A stretch of DNA of 63,920 bases, the filler included, from Atractiella rhizophila (Eukaryota): NCBI GenBank assembly GCA_021432655.1. It is 3 parts of 3 records of this genome, joined end to end, with 100 filler letters (N's around TTAATTAATTAA, not from the genome) between each part and the next. Parts side by side here need not be neighbours in the genome. Positions count along the whole stretch, not along the records: positions 30,049 to 57,837 come from MU271471.1; positions 57,938 to 63,920 come from MU271480.1; 1 more part is not named here. One strand, given 5' to 3'. The notes below the pieces were generated by a model. The model saw only the letters and a program-made list of their open reading frames with translations, made no database searches and was not told the DNA's origin. This document shows, piece by piece, positions 50,968 through 63,920 of the stretch (position 1 is the first letter of the stretch; the number at the start of each line of letters is the position of its first letter). A program made the translations under genes and the position numbers.

Positions 50968-52706
50968 CCATACAGATGATTCAGTGCCGTTTTCATTGGC
51001 AGGACGCATTGGTTTTTGGTATATTGTTTAGCAATTTGTATTACATCAAATTCGTTGAGTTTGTAGCCGTACCGGCGTTAGTACCTTGCTTCGTTTTAGA
51101 GCGTGCCAAATGTTGATTCTTCAGAATGGTAATGACGATACCTTTTATCACTTCACATTTCTCTAATGAGACTGACACAGAATTCAAATGCAGATAAGCA
51201 ACCACTCTAGTTCTCGTGACGAGTTGTCACGTTGCAAGCAAGGATCTCTGTTGCTCATTCAGACGGAGAGGCATCGTTCGCAGTTTCCCAGCGATATTTC
51301 TATCACGCGTGGAACCTGAGAAGAGGTCGCGGGTCGAGGCTGTAACTTTGGATATGGTGCACGCACTCCACCGTCGTTTCATCCTTCATTGCGTGTGCCA
51401 GCACCGCTTACTCCTGAAAGCGGATCTCTTTCGTAGTAGAGTGCTCTTCCACTTCCAGAAAAGGCACCGATGATTGCAGAAACAACGACCCCTCTCACCG
51501 AAGTGTGAAAATGAATCTTCATTCTCACTTCTTGGACTCCAAGCATTCAAAGGCATAGCTCGTTCGCCATCATTGAAACTTTCATAGAACAGTCTTAGTA
51601 AATAGCACAAATCAAGGAATATTTCATCCACATCCATGTGAAACACCTGGGAACACTAATATCCACATGATCTTGGACGTTAGCGATGGGATAAATACAT
51701 TCTTCGTTGTCCAGCACCTTCTTGTAATTCGTGGGTCATCTTTCTTCCCGTTCATGTTGATGCACAGCTTATGACAAGTTTTAATGGCAAGTGGAAAGTA
51801 TGGAATATTGCCTTCGGCTACTTCAGACACTCCTTGCTTGATGGAACAATCTATTCAGTTTTCGAGGATAGCACGTTTTCCCTCCAGTCTGAAGATAACG
51901 TCCCCAAGAGCCCCATTACCCTCAGTCCTCAGAATGTGATTCTCACCTGTTCAATCATTTTACCCTGCCAACTGAGGTACCTTACAATTTCTACTGCTGT
52001 GTAGCTTCTCAATTCTCCATGTCACCTATACCTCTATGCTGATCAACAATTCCAGTGGAGATTCGAATATCATGTTTCTTCCTCCTTTCTGTTTCACAAT
52101 GCTGAATAATAAGCGTTTCGGAGCCGTTGTCCCGTTCAAGTGCTCTGTGCCCCCTTTCCCCTAGAAGTGCTAGATATGGACCGGAGGATATTTTCGATGA
52201 TTGGCTAGGCGACAGGGCAGATGGAGACACTGGTCGTTTCAACGATATAGTGCCCACCCAGTCAACTCACCGCGTCCTAGTTGCATTGCAACACGTTCAT
52301 CCCTGCGACAATCAACACTCCAAGTAAGGCAAGATTTTCAAACACTTCTGTACACGTTAGAAGGTTACAGAGCCACGCTTTTAGTGATAAATTGGATAGA
52401 TATAAAGGAAAACAAATTATTCCTTTTGAAATGGAAGTGCTTTGAACAAATATAAACACGCTGGCAAGCATTCTACCAGCATATGAACGTTCCACCATAA
52501 GCGCACTAGTTCCCTCGAAATGCTGCCTTAGTTGACATGCCCATAACGTGAAAAGCACCCTCTGACTTGCTTGTCTCTGCCACATAATTGCATGGGCGAG
52601 TCACGCTACGTACAATCTGTATTTAAATCAGAAGTTGCCTCCTCAAGTTGCCCAGTCATTTATAGCAGTCGTCCGTTGCGACTCGAAGAACAAGAATCAA
52701 AGCGAG

Positions 52707-53623
52707 ATGTCTGGTATTCACGTCACTCTCATGGAACCTCCGAAGAAGGGAGGCGTTGCCCCTCTTGTCGAAGCCTGGCGCAATGCGTTGCAGGAACTCA
52801 TGCCCGAACAGTACAAGGATCAGATAGTAATCGTCGAGAGCTCTATGGAAGCGATTTTTGATCAGTGGGAAGAAGAAGGCGGGAAAGAAGATAGCGGTTT
52901 CGATTGCGTGGTTTCACCTGCCAACTCTTGGGGCATCATGGATGGAGTGGGTACTTTGTCTTCTTGTATCATGGATGCTTATGAGCGATGTAACAGGCAT
53001 TCGATTTAGTACTTTCAAGATCACTCTCTCCGCCAAAAGACATCGAGGCATTAATGAAACTCGCACGAGCAACGATCGCAGAAGAATCATTCGGTTATCT
53101 CCCACCCGGTAGCTGCGCCATAACCTCCATCCCAGTAGGCGAATTGTCAACGGCCGCTTCTGCGACGGAAGACGACGACAAGAGCGGATACGTCTTCCCC
53201 AACTATATGAATATCCATTCCATGGCAATATGCCCAACTATGTCCATTCCTGCAGACGTTCGATGGCACCGCGAACTTTGCTACACGACGGTATGGAACC
53301 TGCTCTGCCAGTTGGAGAAATGGAATCAAGTTGCATCTGCGACCACGGAGAAGAAGAAAATTCGCAGGGTCCTGATGACGGGTCTCGCGACTGGTGTTGG
53401 CGTGTACGAACCCGATAGATGTGCCAAACAGATGATGATGGCGTTCAAGCACTTTTGGGAGGCTCGAGATGTGGCAAGGTCTGAAGCTGAGGATCCCTCA
53501 TTGAAGGAAGAGGTGAAACCTGTTCAGAAGAACGAATATAGCTTTGTGGCAGGCGAATGGTTTACGAAGAGATTTGTGCAGAGAGAGGAAGAAATGCTTG
53601 GAATCTTTGAAAACAGGCTTTGA
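52707..53623 (+). CDS. Macrodomain protein (ADP-ribose-1''-phosphate phosphatase, YMR087W-like)
   Basis: FDCVVSPANSWGIMDG|GFD, GYLPPGSC, CPTM, VLMTGLATGVG, CAKQM. Confidence 0.88.
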
Positions 53624-53711
53624 ATATCTAGGAGCGCTTGTATACTGACCTATGAAAGTTTTCGTTCACATTGTAGCCGACACCATCTTGTTACTAGCGT
53701 TAGAGTTCCAT

Positions 53712-55057
53712 TCACTTCTTTCTCTTCCACCACCTCTTCTTCCTCGATACTGCATCGCCTTCCTCATCCGTCGTTTCTTCATTCTCTTCATAACGCAACC
53801 CCACAACTCCCACACGATCTCCATCAACTGCCTTCATCTCCCTCAAATTCTCAAGCGACTTGCACAACCCATCTACCGCATCTCGTACCTCCTCCTTATC
53901 CACACCATCCTGCATAACGACACTCAAGAATTCGAACAAGTCCTGAGGGTCAACATGCTTCTTTCCGCTCCAAAACAGTGTAGGAGTGCCGTCTTTGACG
54001 GGGACGATTAAGGCTGGCACACCGTCCCCGAGCAGATATTTTAGCTTTCCTTCTTCAGGTCGCCTAGAGGACGCCCAAATGGCTCCTGTCAACGGCTTGA
54101 CTCCCAGAGCAGTGATGAGCATCTGGTGCTTAGATGATGGCGAAGCTGGACGGATAACGGAGTGCATGTGAGAGAGTAGATGGTGTGCCAAGGCAAGATC
54201 ACCAGGTACGAGCGGAGCGTAGAACATGACGAGAGTCGGTGAGAGCGTGCGAGGAATCGCTGGGAGCTATTGCAGCAGCAAGTCGAGTCGGTGCCATTCA
54301 AAATCTGAGAGGGAAGACGTACACGTTTTGTTGCCATGAGGTAAGGGCTGAACCATCCTGGATGTGTGTCAAAGTACGACTTTGCTTGAGCAAGAAAAGC
54401 TTTCGCTTTCTCTTTCTTGGTTGGCGATTCGGTAGAATCGTTACCTTCTAGTTCTTTCTCTGCCGTTGGTTCGTCGTTTGTCTGTGAATCTTTCTCGTCG
54501 CCCTCTGGTTTCCAGAATCCCAAAACGGCATGCTCGTTGCTTCAGTAACCTCGCTTCAGCATCATTTTAACCCGGATGAAAAGACAGGCTGACTGGAACG
54601 AATGCTTGATCCGAATCACCAGCGTGACAATGTTCTTACACTTCCCGTCAATCCTCTTCACCTCATCCTTATCCAAAATCTTGTCAACTCCCTCTTCCGT
54701 ATAATCGCCCACCACCTCATCCACAACCGCGCCAGTAATGGCTCCACCCATGCCACCACCTAGCAATCCATAGGCATCCAACACTCCACTCGCGCCACCC
54801 GTAGCCGTATCGACGCCTAAAAGGACGACATCCCTCGCTCGGAACGTGGGGAGGACGACCGGATTGGCATCTCCCCAGGGACCGATGCAGGTGAGAGAAG
54901 AGATGGACGCGCGCGAGGTGGAGACGGTGCTCTCGATGATGCGTCCTGGGATGGAGTTTCGAAAGTATCGTGTGGTTGATGAGGGTGTCTTGGTGTCTTC
55001 TGGAGAGGAAGGCGCGATGAGGAGAATCGATCCCGGTTGAGTATGAGTGGGTGGCAT
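53712..55057 (-). CDS. Hypothetical protein (3 exons)
   Basis: Consecutive ORFs 54542-55057, 54089-54523 and 53712-54227 joined by GT-AG introns. No family recognised. Confidence 0.65.
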
Positions 55058-57675
55058 TGATTGATATTAATATTTATTTATTTATTTCGAATCAGAATGT
55101 ATGACTATTGGCTCACAGACGCTGCATGCCATTGTGGATTTCGCCCAACTGGCGAGAGGCGCTCTTATATCCCACGTCGATCGTTACGTCACAGACCGCA
55201 GTGCCAGTGGAACAACTTCTCTTCAGCCCGCCAAACTCAAGGGAGCAGAAGCGTAAGTTAATGGGTTTGAAATCAGAGCTATCATAGCACAGCTGAAAGT
55301 TTGATACTTCAGAGTCTCTGTACAAACTTTTAACTACATGCTTACAGTCAGGATCCTTCGTGCTAATCGCGACCTAAAAGGCTTGTTCTATTAAGCCATG
55401 GCTATGGAATGGAATGAGCGCCTCCATCTTCAACGAAACATTTTGACACTGATTACAAACTAGTCGTATCTCATCACTTATGTCCCTCTCGCCATAGAGC
55501 TTTCGTCGTTCGTAACTAGACTGTGAGCGAAGAGCTTATTCCTCATCACTCAGTTGAAGGAGGCGGTCCAAACTTCAGAACCTCTGCTCATTATTCTCTC
55601 ACGCGGTTACCTTCAAGTTTGTAAGGATATGAATGCGGTCGTCAGAGATGAAAAATGAAAAATAAACCCATGCCAGTTTTTCTCCATGTCCCCTCCAACT
55701 GTGACGATGACACCGTTTGTGTGCTTTTGAGAGTGCAGGCAGCTTTCCACGGCTGTAGTTCCTCCATCCTCTTTAGGCGACTTCGCCAGTTTGAGAAATG
55801 AACAGGGAACGAAACTAAAGTGTTCGTCTAATCATCATTCTCACTCTTATTCTGTGAACATAGTCGCCGAAGCAGCATCCACGTTGTGACTGGGTGGAAG
55901 GCGGCGAGGTCTCACATCTTTCAAGAGTAGTGAGTTTGCGAATCAAGAACAGTGAGCTTCCTCTCTGCTTGTTTGCCCACATTGCATAAATGGGCAAGCC
56001 CATTGCCAGCCAAGCTCAAGCTCCCACAGCTTAATTTATGGATTGAAACATTCAATCTAAGTGCAAAATCATTGATTTTCATGATTAATGGCCTATTGAT
56101 GCTTGTCCAAGTTCATGCATTTTAGATGATTTGATAGACGACAGGCGTCATGAGCAGATCTTTGGTGAGTGTCTTCAGAGATTGAGACATCCACCTGCAA
56201 CATGTCACCTCGAAGCGAAAATGTGCCTACCTCTCAGCTGCCCAACACTATACTTCCCTCCACCCATGAACAACCAGGATCTCCCAATTGGCAAATCAAT
56301 CACGACAAAACATAAGTCCACATCCAATCCACCCACCACCACCGTCCTCCAGCCGTCCTTCGAAAATCTCCATCACGTATATATCTGACACTATGCCCAA
56401 TCCCGATCAGAGCTGTACCGCGCTAGCGAAGGTGCAAATAACGGCCATGTAGGCATGATGGCGAAGCGTTCGTCGTTTTCCGCCCGGCTGGAAGCCTGTC
56501 GGTTTCGGCAAAAGGGAGAATGAGACGAAGTTATCGAAGTTATCCAGAGTTGTCAAAGGAAGCAGGAAGACAGAAGGAAAGGGATGACAAGGAAATTTAA
56601 CTCAACCAGTGTGGGTCCAACCAGCGTGGCTGTCGGATGTGAGGCATCTAGTATGCTCTGCTCTCTTTCGCTCTTTCTCTTGGTCTCTGTTTCTTCACAA
56701 AGTTCTCGGGGAAAGTGCACATGTGCCTCTGGCTCGGTACTTCGCTTCACCTTCGCTCTTGGCGTTGTTGTTTCGCCTCCAGCCAGCGTTGTTCTTCGAT
56801 TAAACTTGAAGAACTTTTGGAGTATCTCGGGTAATGAAGGCAGCCCGACGAAAGAGCCAGCTGAAATCTTTGTTTTCCGCGCCGCTAGCCCTTCCACTGG
56901 CAGCCGACGCAATGTCTGCATTGTTGAAGAATCCCTGGTGACGAAAGGGGCACAGCTCGCAATTGTTCTCGTTACATATGACGGGACATACATGATACTA
57001 CATTGATTCTGAATTGATCCCTGAATGTGCATGAATTGATGCACTGTGCTGTTGGCAAGGCTTCGGACGTTTGAGGGTCGATTCATGACCGAACGTTATT
57101 GTCATCTTCTCAACCCAAGGTGTCCAATTGTTAGCTGGAGGAACGGAGGAGAGAGGGCGGGATGACTTCTTGGCGCATAGCCTGCGCACATGTCCATCTT
57201 TCATCAACACAGTCTCTGTTACGCGTCACAAACGCTCCACGGACGCGTTTGGAGCAAAAGCGGAGGTATAAGGAAGGAGAGCAGGCTTCCATCCTCTTGT
57301 TCTCCTACATCTCCTTCTCCCCGAGCCTCCTTTTCGTCTCCTGGACACGCGGTCGCAACTTCCTTCGTGCTTGGAGAATCATCAGTCCCTGCCAATTGCA
57401 GGAACAAAGACAGACAGACAGGGGAACGTTCGATACCTTGCAGCTTTTGTCCTCACTCAGCCCGCTGCAAATTTACAAACCAAACCGAAACTCAATCCTC
57501 AAACCATCATACAAAAGACGTCCATCCTGTCCATCCTCCTCAAACCCACTTTTTCATTTCCTCTAAACCTCGATTGATCGACATCCATTCAAGTCGATCT
57601 CTCTCCTAAACGTCCTCTTCATACAGACTTCGAACTTCATTCCTTCTTATCAATCAATAAGTAATACCTTTCGAA

Positions 57676-57837
57676 ATGTCCCGCTCCCTCGTCCTCCTCG
57701 CACTCTCAGCCCTCCCTTCCCTCTCTTCAGCTTTCGCCATCCGCGAAGCGACCGACAAATCCTGCGGCTACGGCGATGCCTGCTGGCCCAACGCTGCAGC
57801 ATGGAAGGTCCGTCTTTCTTTCCCCTCTCTTCGTCCG
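57676..57837 (+). CDS. Secreted FAD-linked (BBE-like) oxidoreductase N-terminus, truncated by contig end
   Basis: Signal peptide, then CGYGDACWPNAAAW, matching the CxxGDxCWP..W N-terminal motif. Confidence 0.65.
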
Positions 57838-57937
57838 NNNNNNNNNNNNNNNNNNNNNNNNNNNNNNNNNNNNNNNNNNNNTTAATTAATTAANNNNNNN
57901 NNNNNNNNNNNNNNNNNNNNNNNNNNNNNNNNNNNNN
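57838..57937. other. Artificial contig linker
   Basis: N run with TTAATTAATTAA. Confidence 0.98.
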
Positions 57938-58151
57938 TATCTTCCTCGCTCCTGGATGTTGGGATGTTGGATTGGTCAACATAGCATTGGACTTGCTTGT
58001 AAGTGCGCGGTCAACTCTCTGTTACATTCGACGTATGTAATTCAAAAGTGAGCCTTTTCGCTCAAAGTACAGAACTTCTTCATATACCATTTCAACTGCA
58101 CTTGGTTCTTGGAGCTCAAATGAGTATATTCTCCCTGTTCTCCCATCTGTT

Positions 58152-59894
58152 TCAAAAGTTTTCAAATGTAAAGGAATGCCATCCATCTGCTCCTTGCTTC
58201 TTTGCCGCCTTCTCGGTATCGCCATCATCCCATTGCCCATAGAATATCTGGAGGTGAAATTGCGATGATTCTTTCGAATTTAAAGCATCAAGAAAGTTTA
58301 CAAATCCGTCAAAAGCCACAGAATGACACCATTTTATGCAAAGTTCACTCACTTTGGACAGTTGGACTTGATGAAAGAAGTTAGATGAGAGAACATTGCT
58401 GTGTTCGTGACCGCCATCAATGTCCAGCGAAGTCAGATTTGGGAAGTTAGAAAGCATCAATGGTTCCTCCAAACGAAAGGTCCTGAATTGTAGTCTGTCA
58501 AACCAAGCGACAGGGAAAAACCTCAGAGTAAGCTGCTCTAGACGTGGCCAATATTCTTGATATCGGAATGTGAAGGGAAAGCAGCTGATGAGATGCAAAC
58601 CCGTTAGGTTTGGTAATCGGTCCAAGGTCTCACAAAAAATGGGGGCTTGAAACACATCGATGAGCGTTATGCTTGCCAACCTCAAGAATTCTGCCCAATC
58701 AAACTTCAAAATGTTTGTCAACTGAAGTTGGAACGGTGGATTGAGTGTACGGGGTCCTTCCTCTCCTCGTTCTGTCACCTGAAAATGTTCTAGAGTTTGC
58801 CGAGATCGAGTAAGTTGCAGAAATTCAAAAGCAGATCGCATAGTCCATAGGTGAAGCTTCAGAAATCTGATGTGGTCAAAACTGACTAAGGATAACATAC
58901 TTTTTACTTCCTCCTTCAAAGGCGGAGCTAAAAGTCTGATATATAAAATCTTGGGCTGAAAAGTCGTGACCTTTTGTAACAGGTGCAACAAACTCAGGCT
59001 TTGAGCTTGATCCTTGAAACTGTAGTCGAGACGAAGCCATCTCCACCGGATGATTGCAGATTGTTCCAAACTTTCCAATTTTTGAAACGCGTGAACAGGC
59101 TCCGCTTCAAAAGTCTCAAATTGTTTACGCCACCTTTTGCAAACCCATTCACAGCAATTGTTGACAACTTGAAAATGGTAAAATGGATCCTGAAGCGCCT
59201 GCCGACATGCACCGACAACCTCTGCCAGAATTAAGTCAAGTATTTCCAATGGTAAATCTGAGATAGGGGAACTGTAGATTGGTAGAGGTATCGCAAGCCA
59301 AAAGATGAGTGAACATTTCGGTGCCGTTTTCCACATATTGGACGGTAAAGCAAGATCCTCAGGGTGTATTGTCATAGTGACGAGTCCCGATTCAGTATTT
59401 ATAACAGTGGTCAAGCTCATGAATGATGTGTGATAGTCATCAGAGCTATCGGTAGTAACAACCTTCAAAATCTGACGATGTTGCGCAGAGAAATAAATAT
59501 GGAGCGTTTTGTGAGCAGGGTCGTCGGAAATAACGGGTGCAGGAAGAGATAGAACCTGAGCACCTTCGTCGTAAGTGAGTTCAATGTGAATGGGGTTTTC
59601 GCTTTCATCGGACTCGTTGACGTAATCTTCAATCGTCAACCTGATAAAATGCAAGCAAACTTCCTCGACCGCCGTTGCCTCGATAAATGAGCTAGTCCAA
59701 CTCAAATAGACAGCGTAAAGCGGGTCTTCATCACAGGCGGTTTCCTCACGAGCAAGGTGGTAAAAGTGAATAACTGGTTCTTGTTTCGTCACTGCTGAAA
59801 TGGTCAGATAATGGTCCATGGAAAGGGCAAGGTTGCCACCTAGTGCAGCAATTTCCTTATCTCCTCTGCACTTACTTCCGTCTCTGCTTTTCAT
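58152..59894 (-). CDS. F-box protein with LRR/RNI-like C-terminal region
   Basis: 580-aa ORF, internal ISDLPLEILDLIL...VCKRWRK, then LPNLTGLHL, LEQLTL, FPNLTSLDI repeats. Confidence 0.7.
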   Translation of the reverse strand: MKSRDGSKCRGDKEIAALGGNLALSMDHYLTISAVTKQEPVIHFYHLAREETACDEDPLYAVYLSWTSSFIEATAVEEVCLHFIRLTIEDYVNESDESENPIHIELTYDEGAQVLSLPAPVISDDPAHKTLHIYFSAQHRQILKVVTTDSSDDYHTSFMSLTTVINTESGLVTMTIHPEDLALPSNMWKTAPKCSLIFWLAIPLPIYSSPISDLPLEILDLILAEVVGACRQALQDPFYHFQVVNNCCEWVCKRWRKQFETFEAEPVHAFQKLESLEQSAIIRWRWLRLDYSFKDQAQSLSLLHLLQKVTTFQPKILYIRLLAPPLKEEVKSMLSLVSFDHIRFLKLHLWTMRSAFEFLQLTRSRQTLEHFQVTERGEEGPRTLNPPFQLQLTNILKFDWAEFLRLASITLIDVFQAPIFCETLDRLPNLTGLHLISCFPFTFRYQEYWPRLEQLTLRFFPVAWFDRLQFRTFRLEEPLMLSNFPNLTSLDIDGGHEHSNVLSSNFFHQVQLSKVSELCIKWCHSVAFDGFVNFLDALNSKESSQFHLQIFYGQWDDGDTEKAAKKQGADGWHSFTFENF

Positions 59895-60995
59895 CGTCGT
59901 TGCGCAGCTCGATTCCTCAGCTCTGTTTTAGTTTGACATGCTCTCCGTACGGACCGTAACCTGAGATGCTGCTTTGGCATTTCCTTGAGTGAAAAAGTGT
60001 CGTCAGCTGCGAGATACTTGTCGATTTGTCTTTGTTGAGGTGTATTCACCACCTTCTAGGCCGGGCCTGGTGTCTCTGTAAAAGGTGAGATAACGAGACA
60101 GAGTACTTTCTGGCCGGTGTTGTCACTTCATTTTCTGCTCTTCTTTGACGAGGTACCCGTCCGGGAGATGTTCGCCCTGTTTGGAGATGGTGTTGAACTA
60201 GGAGATCTCCAGTCGTTGCTTAGCTGGAGCTATGAACTCCGGAGTGTTAAGGCAAGAGCTGAATGAAGGAGAGTTGATGGAGATGGTCAGGATTCCGCCG
60301 ATGTGGTTGGATGTGAACGGACGAGATTAATACGAGAATGGTAAAGAAACTGGAAAGTGTCAGTCAGTGGGGTTTCATCGTAGAAGACAGTCAAGTTTTC
60401 TAGGTTACTAGAGTTCCCTCACGATGAGAGAGTGCTCCACTCCCGGTAGAGACTCTAGCCCCTTGAAGATTCACAGCTTGACCTTCGTCGAATACCTTAG
60501 AAAACATGAGAGATTAAGCGTATCTCATTATTATTGTAATAACCTCCCTTTTATCGAAGGTTTAGCTGTCACAACTACAAGTAGGCGGGCAGGGCAAGGA
60601 ATTTAGGCAATTAAGGTGCCCTATATCACATCCCATAAGTTACAAAAACGGATCTAAAGTCTTAAAGATGATCCCCGACCGTGGATGGAGGGTATTGTGC
60701 AATTATTGATATTATGAACAGCCGCATATAGATACAGTACCACGAATCAATTGAATACTCGTAATAGGGTGAATGCGATTGAAGCAAACGGTCTTAACCA
60801 AGATCATATAAATGTCTAAAGACACGAATAGGTCCAAAGATCTCAATCCAACTCAGATATCGAGATTGTGGCTCGTACTTTCCCCAAGGTACAACACACA
60901 AGAAACGAGCTGTAGGCCATTTGAGAACGCGTAGATGAGGCCGTCCAACGGTATAAGTGACAACGCCCTTCTCAGTCAGTTGTGTTTATAAGTCA

Positions 60996-62726
60996 TCATG
61001 GCCTGTTGCATCCTCCAGGGAGGAGAAACTTAAAACGTTCGGGATCCTCGATGAGCAATCGTGGTACATTCACTGCTCCTCTCCAGCTATTTGCCCAGTC
61101 AGAGGGTCAGTCTCTTGTAAAAGCTAAACAGAGAAAGACTTGGAATAGGGTAAACGAACGGTCTCATATCCATTTGTCCCCATAGATCACTCCAGGTGTA
61201 CGCTTCAGGAAGCATGTCGAAAACGTCCCTCCCCTTGCACAAGCTCTCTCTTATCCATTCATCCGTCAACAAATCCTGCCTGCCTCCTACTCTATCCGCA
61301 TGACTGTAACCCGTCATCTTCTGCCTCACTTCCTCAATCGTGCGAAAACAGAATGAGCAATGCCAACCGCTATCTTCGAGAACCAGCTCAGTGCGCTTTC
61401 CATGTCCATAATACGTGTTATCTTCGAACACATTTACGCTCGCGCGCCAAGAGTTGACTGTGGGAGGGAGTGGGAATTCAAAGGAGTAGAGAAACTGGCA
61501 GAGAGAGAGGTGGATCGTTGGTCCGAAGTCACACTTTCGAAGAAGGGAGAGTGTGTGGGCGTACGGTATCTCGTCAACGTCGGACATGAGGACGAGAACT
61601 GTCGCTCCTTCATCCGCGTGAGAAGAGAGGTATTGACGAATCGTACGTGTCATCGTCCGTCGATGAGCGATTTCGATGTCGAAGGGATCATAACCCGGTT
61701 CAAGTAGTTGACCAGGCAAGCTGCTCCAATAGCAAAAGTAAGCATGAAGAAGGAAAGCATACACGCTGATCAAGGAGTGGTATTCAAACGAGCAGCGCGT
61801 CTCGACCGCCATGAGCATTTTTGAAAGACCATGGGATAATTCAGCGGACGCGAATGTACGCGTAAATGGTGATTATGGTATTCTTGCACCTGTAATCGTG
61901 CTTTATATTAACAGGTGAGCAATGTCACCGTCGACCGTATCGATGTATTACATACGCCGCTGGAGCTTTGTCATCGAAATGTCGCGACGCTCAGTGTCAA
62001 CGGAGGCGGCTTCACACTCATGATCGAGCAGTTCATTGCACTGCAAGTCGATTAAGGACATAGATTTGATTTCCGAGTCCATCGATGCCTAGACAACAAG
62101 CCTGTTTTTCTGCGGAATACAAATAAGACTAACAGCGAAGCAGGATGTACAATGCCTCCTGCTACATGAAAGAGCATGAAAGAGCCCAATAAAGTAGTGT
62201 AGTAGAAATACTGAGCTACTGATTTCGAGCCCACTTCCTCCATTCTTCAAATTTACGAGAAGACGTACAATTCGTACTGGATTCTGTTCCTCCATCTCCC
62301 AAACTTGCCCTCTCCTCCGGCCATAAGAGCGTCGCGAAAAGGTGTGCCCTTTTCCTTGCCGGTGAAAGTCCCATTGCTCTCCACAACGACCCATACGTCG
62401 ACCACATCCTCCAATTCCCTCATTCGAACCTGCATCAGTTCGACTTCACTACTGATTAGCGTAGCATCCACAACCATGGCTTCTTTATCCCTCATCTTCC
62501 ATCCATGCAACGCACACCACTCAGCCGTGCCCACTTCTGCGGGCTGGGCGTAGAAGTGGTGAATGGGCTGCGAAGGGGCGGGTGAGGAGTCCCAGAGCGG
62601 ACGCGTAACATAGGAAAGGGTATTGTGTATGCGATGGAGTATGGAATACGGGTTAGGGAGCAGGACTGCGATCAGACAGAGGGTTAAGACAAGCAAGAGA
62701 GCAAACAGGCGCCTGCGCATCGTCAT
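60996..62726 (-). CDS. GT17 beta-1,4-N-acetylglucosaminyltransferase (MGAT3-like), 3 exons
   Basis: N-terminal TM, VVVESNGTFTGKEK, LMSDVDEIP, SGWHCSFCFR, KMTGYSHADR, FDMLPEAYTW, FLLPGGC. Intron 61721-62268. Confidence 0.92.
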
Positions 62727-63920
62727 CTTGAAATATGAGTGATTGTTGTTGACTTTTGACTTTTGCTGTGATCAAAGCGGACAATAGAGGAACCAAGCTG
62801 GCTAGTACTTAGGGTTACCATCGTTGCAGACAATACCGACTGACCGACTATGGTCGGAGGATGTACTGTGCAGTATTCGCTGTTACAATATATAAATGCC
62901 CAAGTGACCAGCCCCGGGAAACAATAAGGATCAGCGATCTTAAGGAAGTTGCATTGTATTGATATCTCTTCACGCGGTGTACGGTGACCAGGATATACGG
63001 AAATGATATTACCACAATCATTGAGAGAGAAAGTTGGTAGACGTTCACAGTCTGCTCCACTGGAAGTTTCGTGATATTCTGTATTTTTGGTCGGTTTCTA
63101 CGCACGGAATCTACAGCAGGAGAAATTGAAAACGGGACGAAATTTACAGAGTCACGTGCTGCAACTGCCGACCCTCTACCATAGCTCACATGGCTGTTAT
63201 TGTAATCATTGATTAGAATCAAACAGATTTGTCATGCCACAGTTATTGATCAGTCAATTCATCAACAGCAGCAACAGTGTCCTATTGAAGACTTCGACTC
63301 GGAACCTGAGAAAACACTAAGTTTAAAGCCCAAGTCATAGTGGAGCCGGGACAATGCAAAGAGGCAAAGAGTATAACAAAGAGTATAACCTGGCAAGGTC
63401 TACTGAGATTTGCCACAGTAGGAATAACAATGCAACTTTTCATCCTTGATGTTGTCTTGAATCTGAGCCCGCGGGTTCAGCAATTTATCTTCCACGCTCT
63501 ACCATATATCCAATTACAGAACGTTCAGTTTATCCTCCAGAGTTGCCCTGAGCAAACGCGAGAAAAATTTCAAGTATTACAACATATTGTTGGCACACAG
63601 AATGATGATGTGTGCATGATGATGACTCGGGTCGGAAACAATGTCAACGCGTGCTTTCTTTCTCCTTCCAGACAATTTCAGGTGTTCATAAACCCTTCTC
63701 TGAACGAATGCTCCACTGTTCACACGTACAAAACCACGGTCCACAACTCAATGCTACTAACTTTCAACATCAACTTTTCCAAATCACCCAATGACAATCC
63801 TCCTACTAATGAACAGAGAGCCGTTGTTCGTGGAGCATTTTGGTGAGAGAGAAAGGACATGGATGAGAAAGCGGAGGATGTCTAAATAAAGAGGTGAGCA
63901 GCCCGAGGAAAGAAAGTCCC

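Noticed and set aside
51216..52585. Fragmented minus-strand ORFs
   Set aside because: No consistent splice path or recognisable domain. May be a degenerate gene.
56553..57210. Overlapping ORFs and a stop-interrupted frame containing CPVICNENNCELCPFRH (zinc-finger-like)
   Set aside because: Several stops and no other supporting motif.
63340..63846. 168-aa plus-strand ORF
   Set aside because: No domain recognised. More likely the shadow of a decayed minus-strand gene with several stops.

Overview
Intron-rich fungal genomic DNA, most likely a basidiomycete (short GT-AG introns, allantoicase-ureidoglycolate lyase fusion, basidiomycete-type single-pass membrane proteins). Three contigs are joined by artificial N-TTAATTAATTAA-N spacers (29949-30048, 57838-57937), so adjacency across them means nothing. 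About 25 genes can be built by hand: EthD-like barrel paralogues, COA6, VPS74/GOLPH3, PEX5, a mitochondrial rhomboid, a GliT-like oxidoreductase, a GNAT, a kelch membrane protein, a degenerate Ras-like protein, RSM23/DAP3, a PAQR, an NmrA-like protein, a GH18 chitinase, a DAL2-DAL3 fusion, DUF4291, a small secreted Cys-rich protein, a PLD-family protein, a macrodomain protein, an F-box protein and a GT17. No tRNA, rRNA, CRISPR or intact transposon was recognised. Best leads: (1) an in-frame TAG just before the conserved-looking C-terminus of DUF4291; (2) a self-nested X-R-[X-R-Y]-R-Y duplication giving an in-frame VPS74::EthD chimera, quite possibly a haplotype mis-assembly; (3) a Ras-like probable pseudo-GTPase; (4) four unusually long introns, three of them stem-rich; (5) a GC-rich island. 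All gene models and family calls come from reading and recalled motifs, with no database search. I found no multi-gene system that I can confidently call new.
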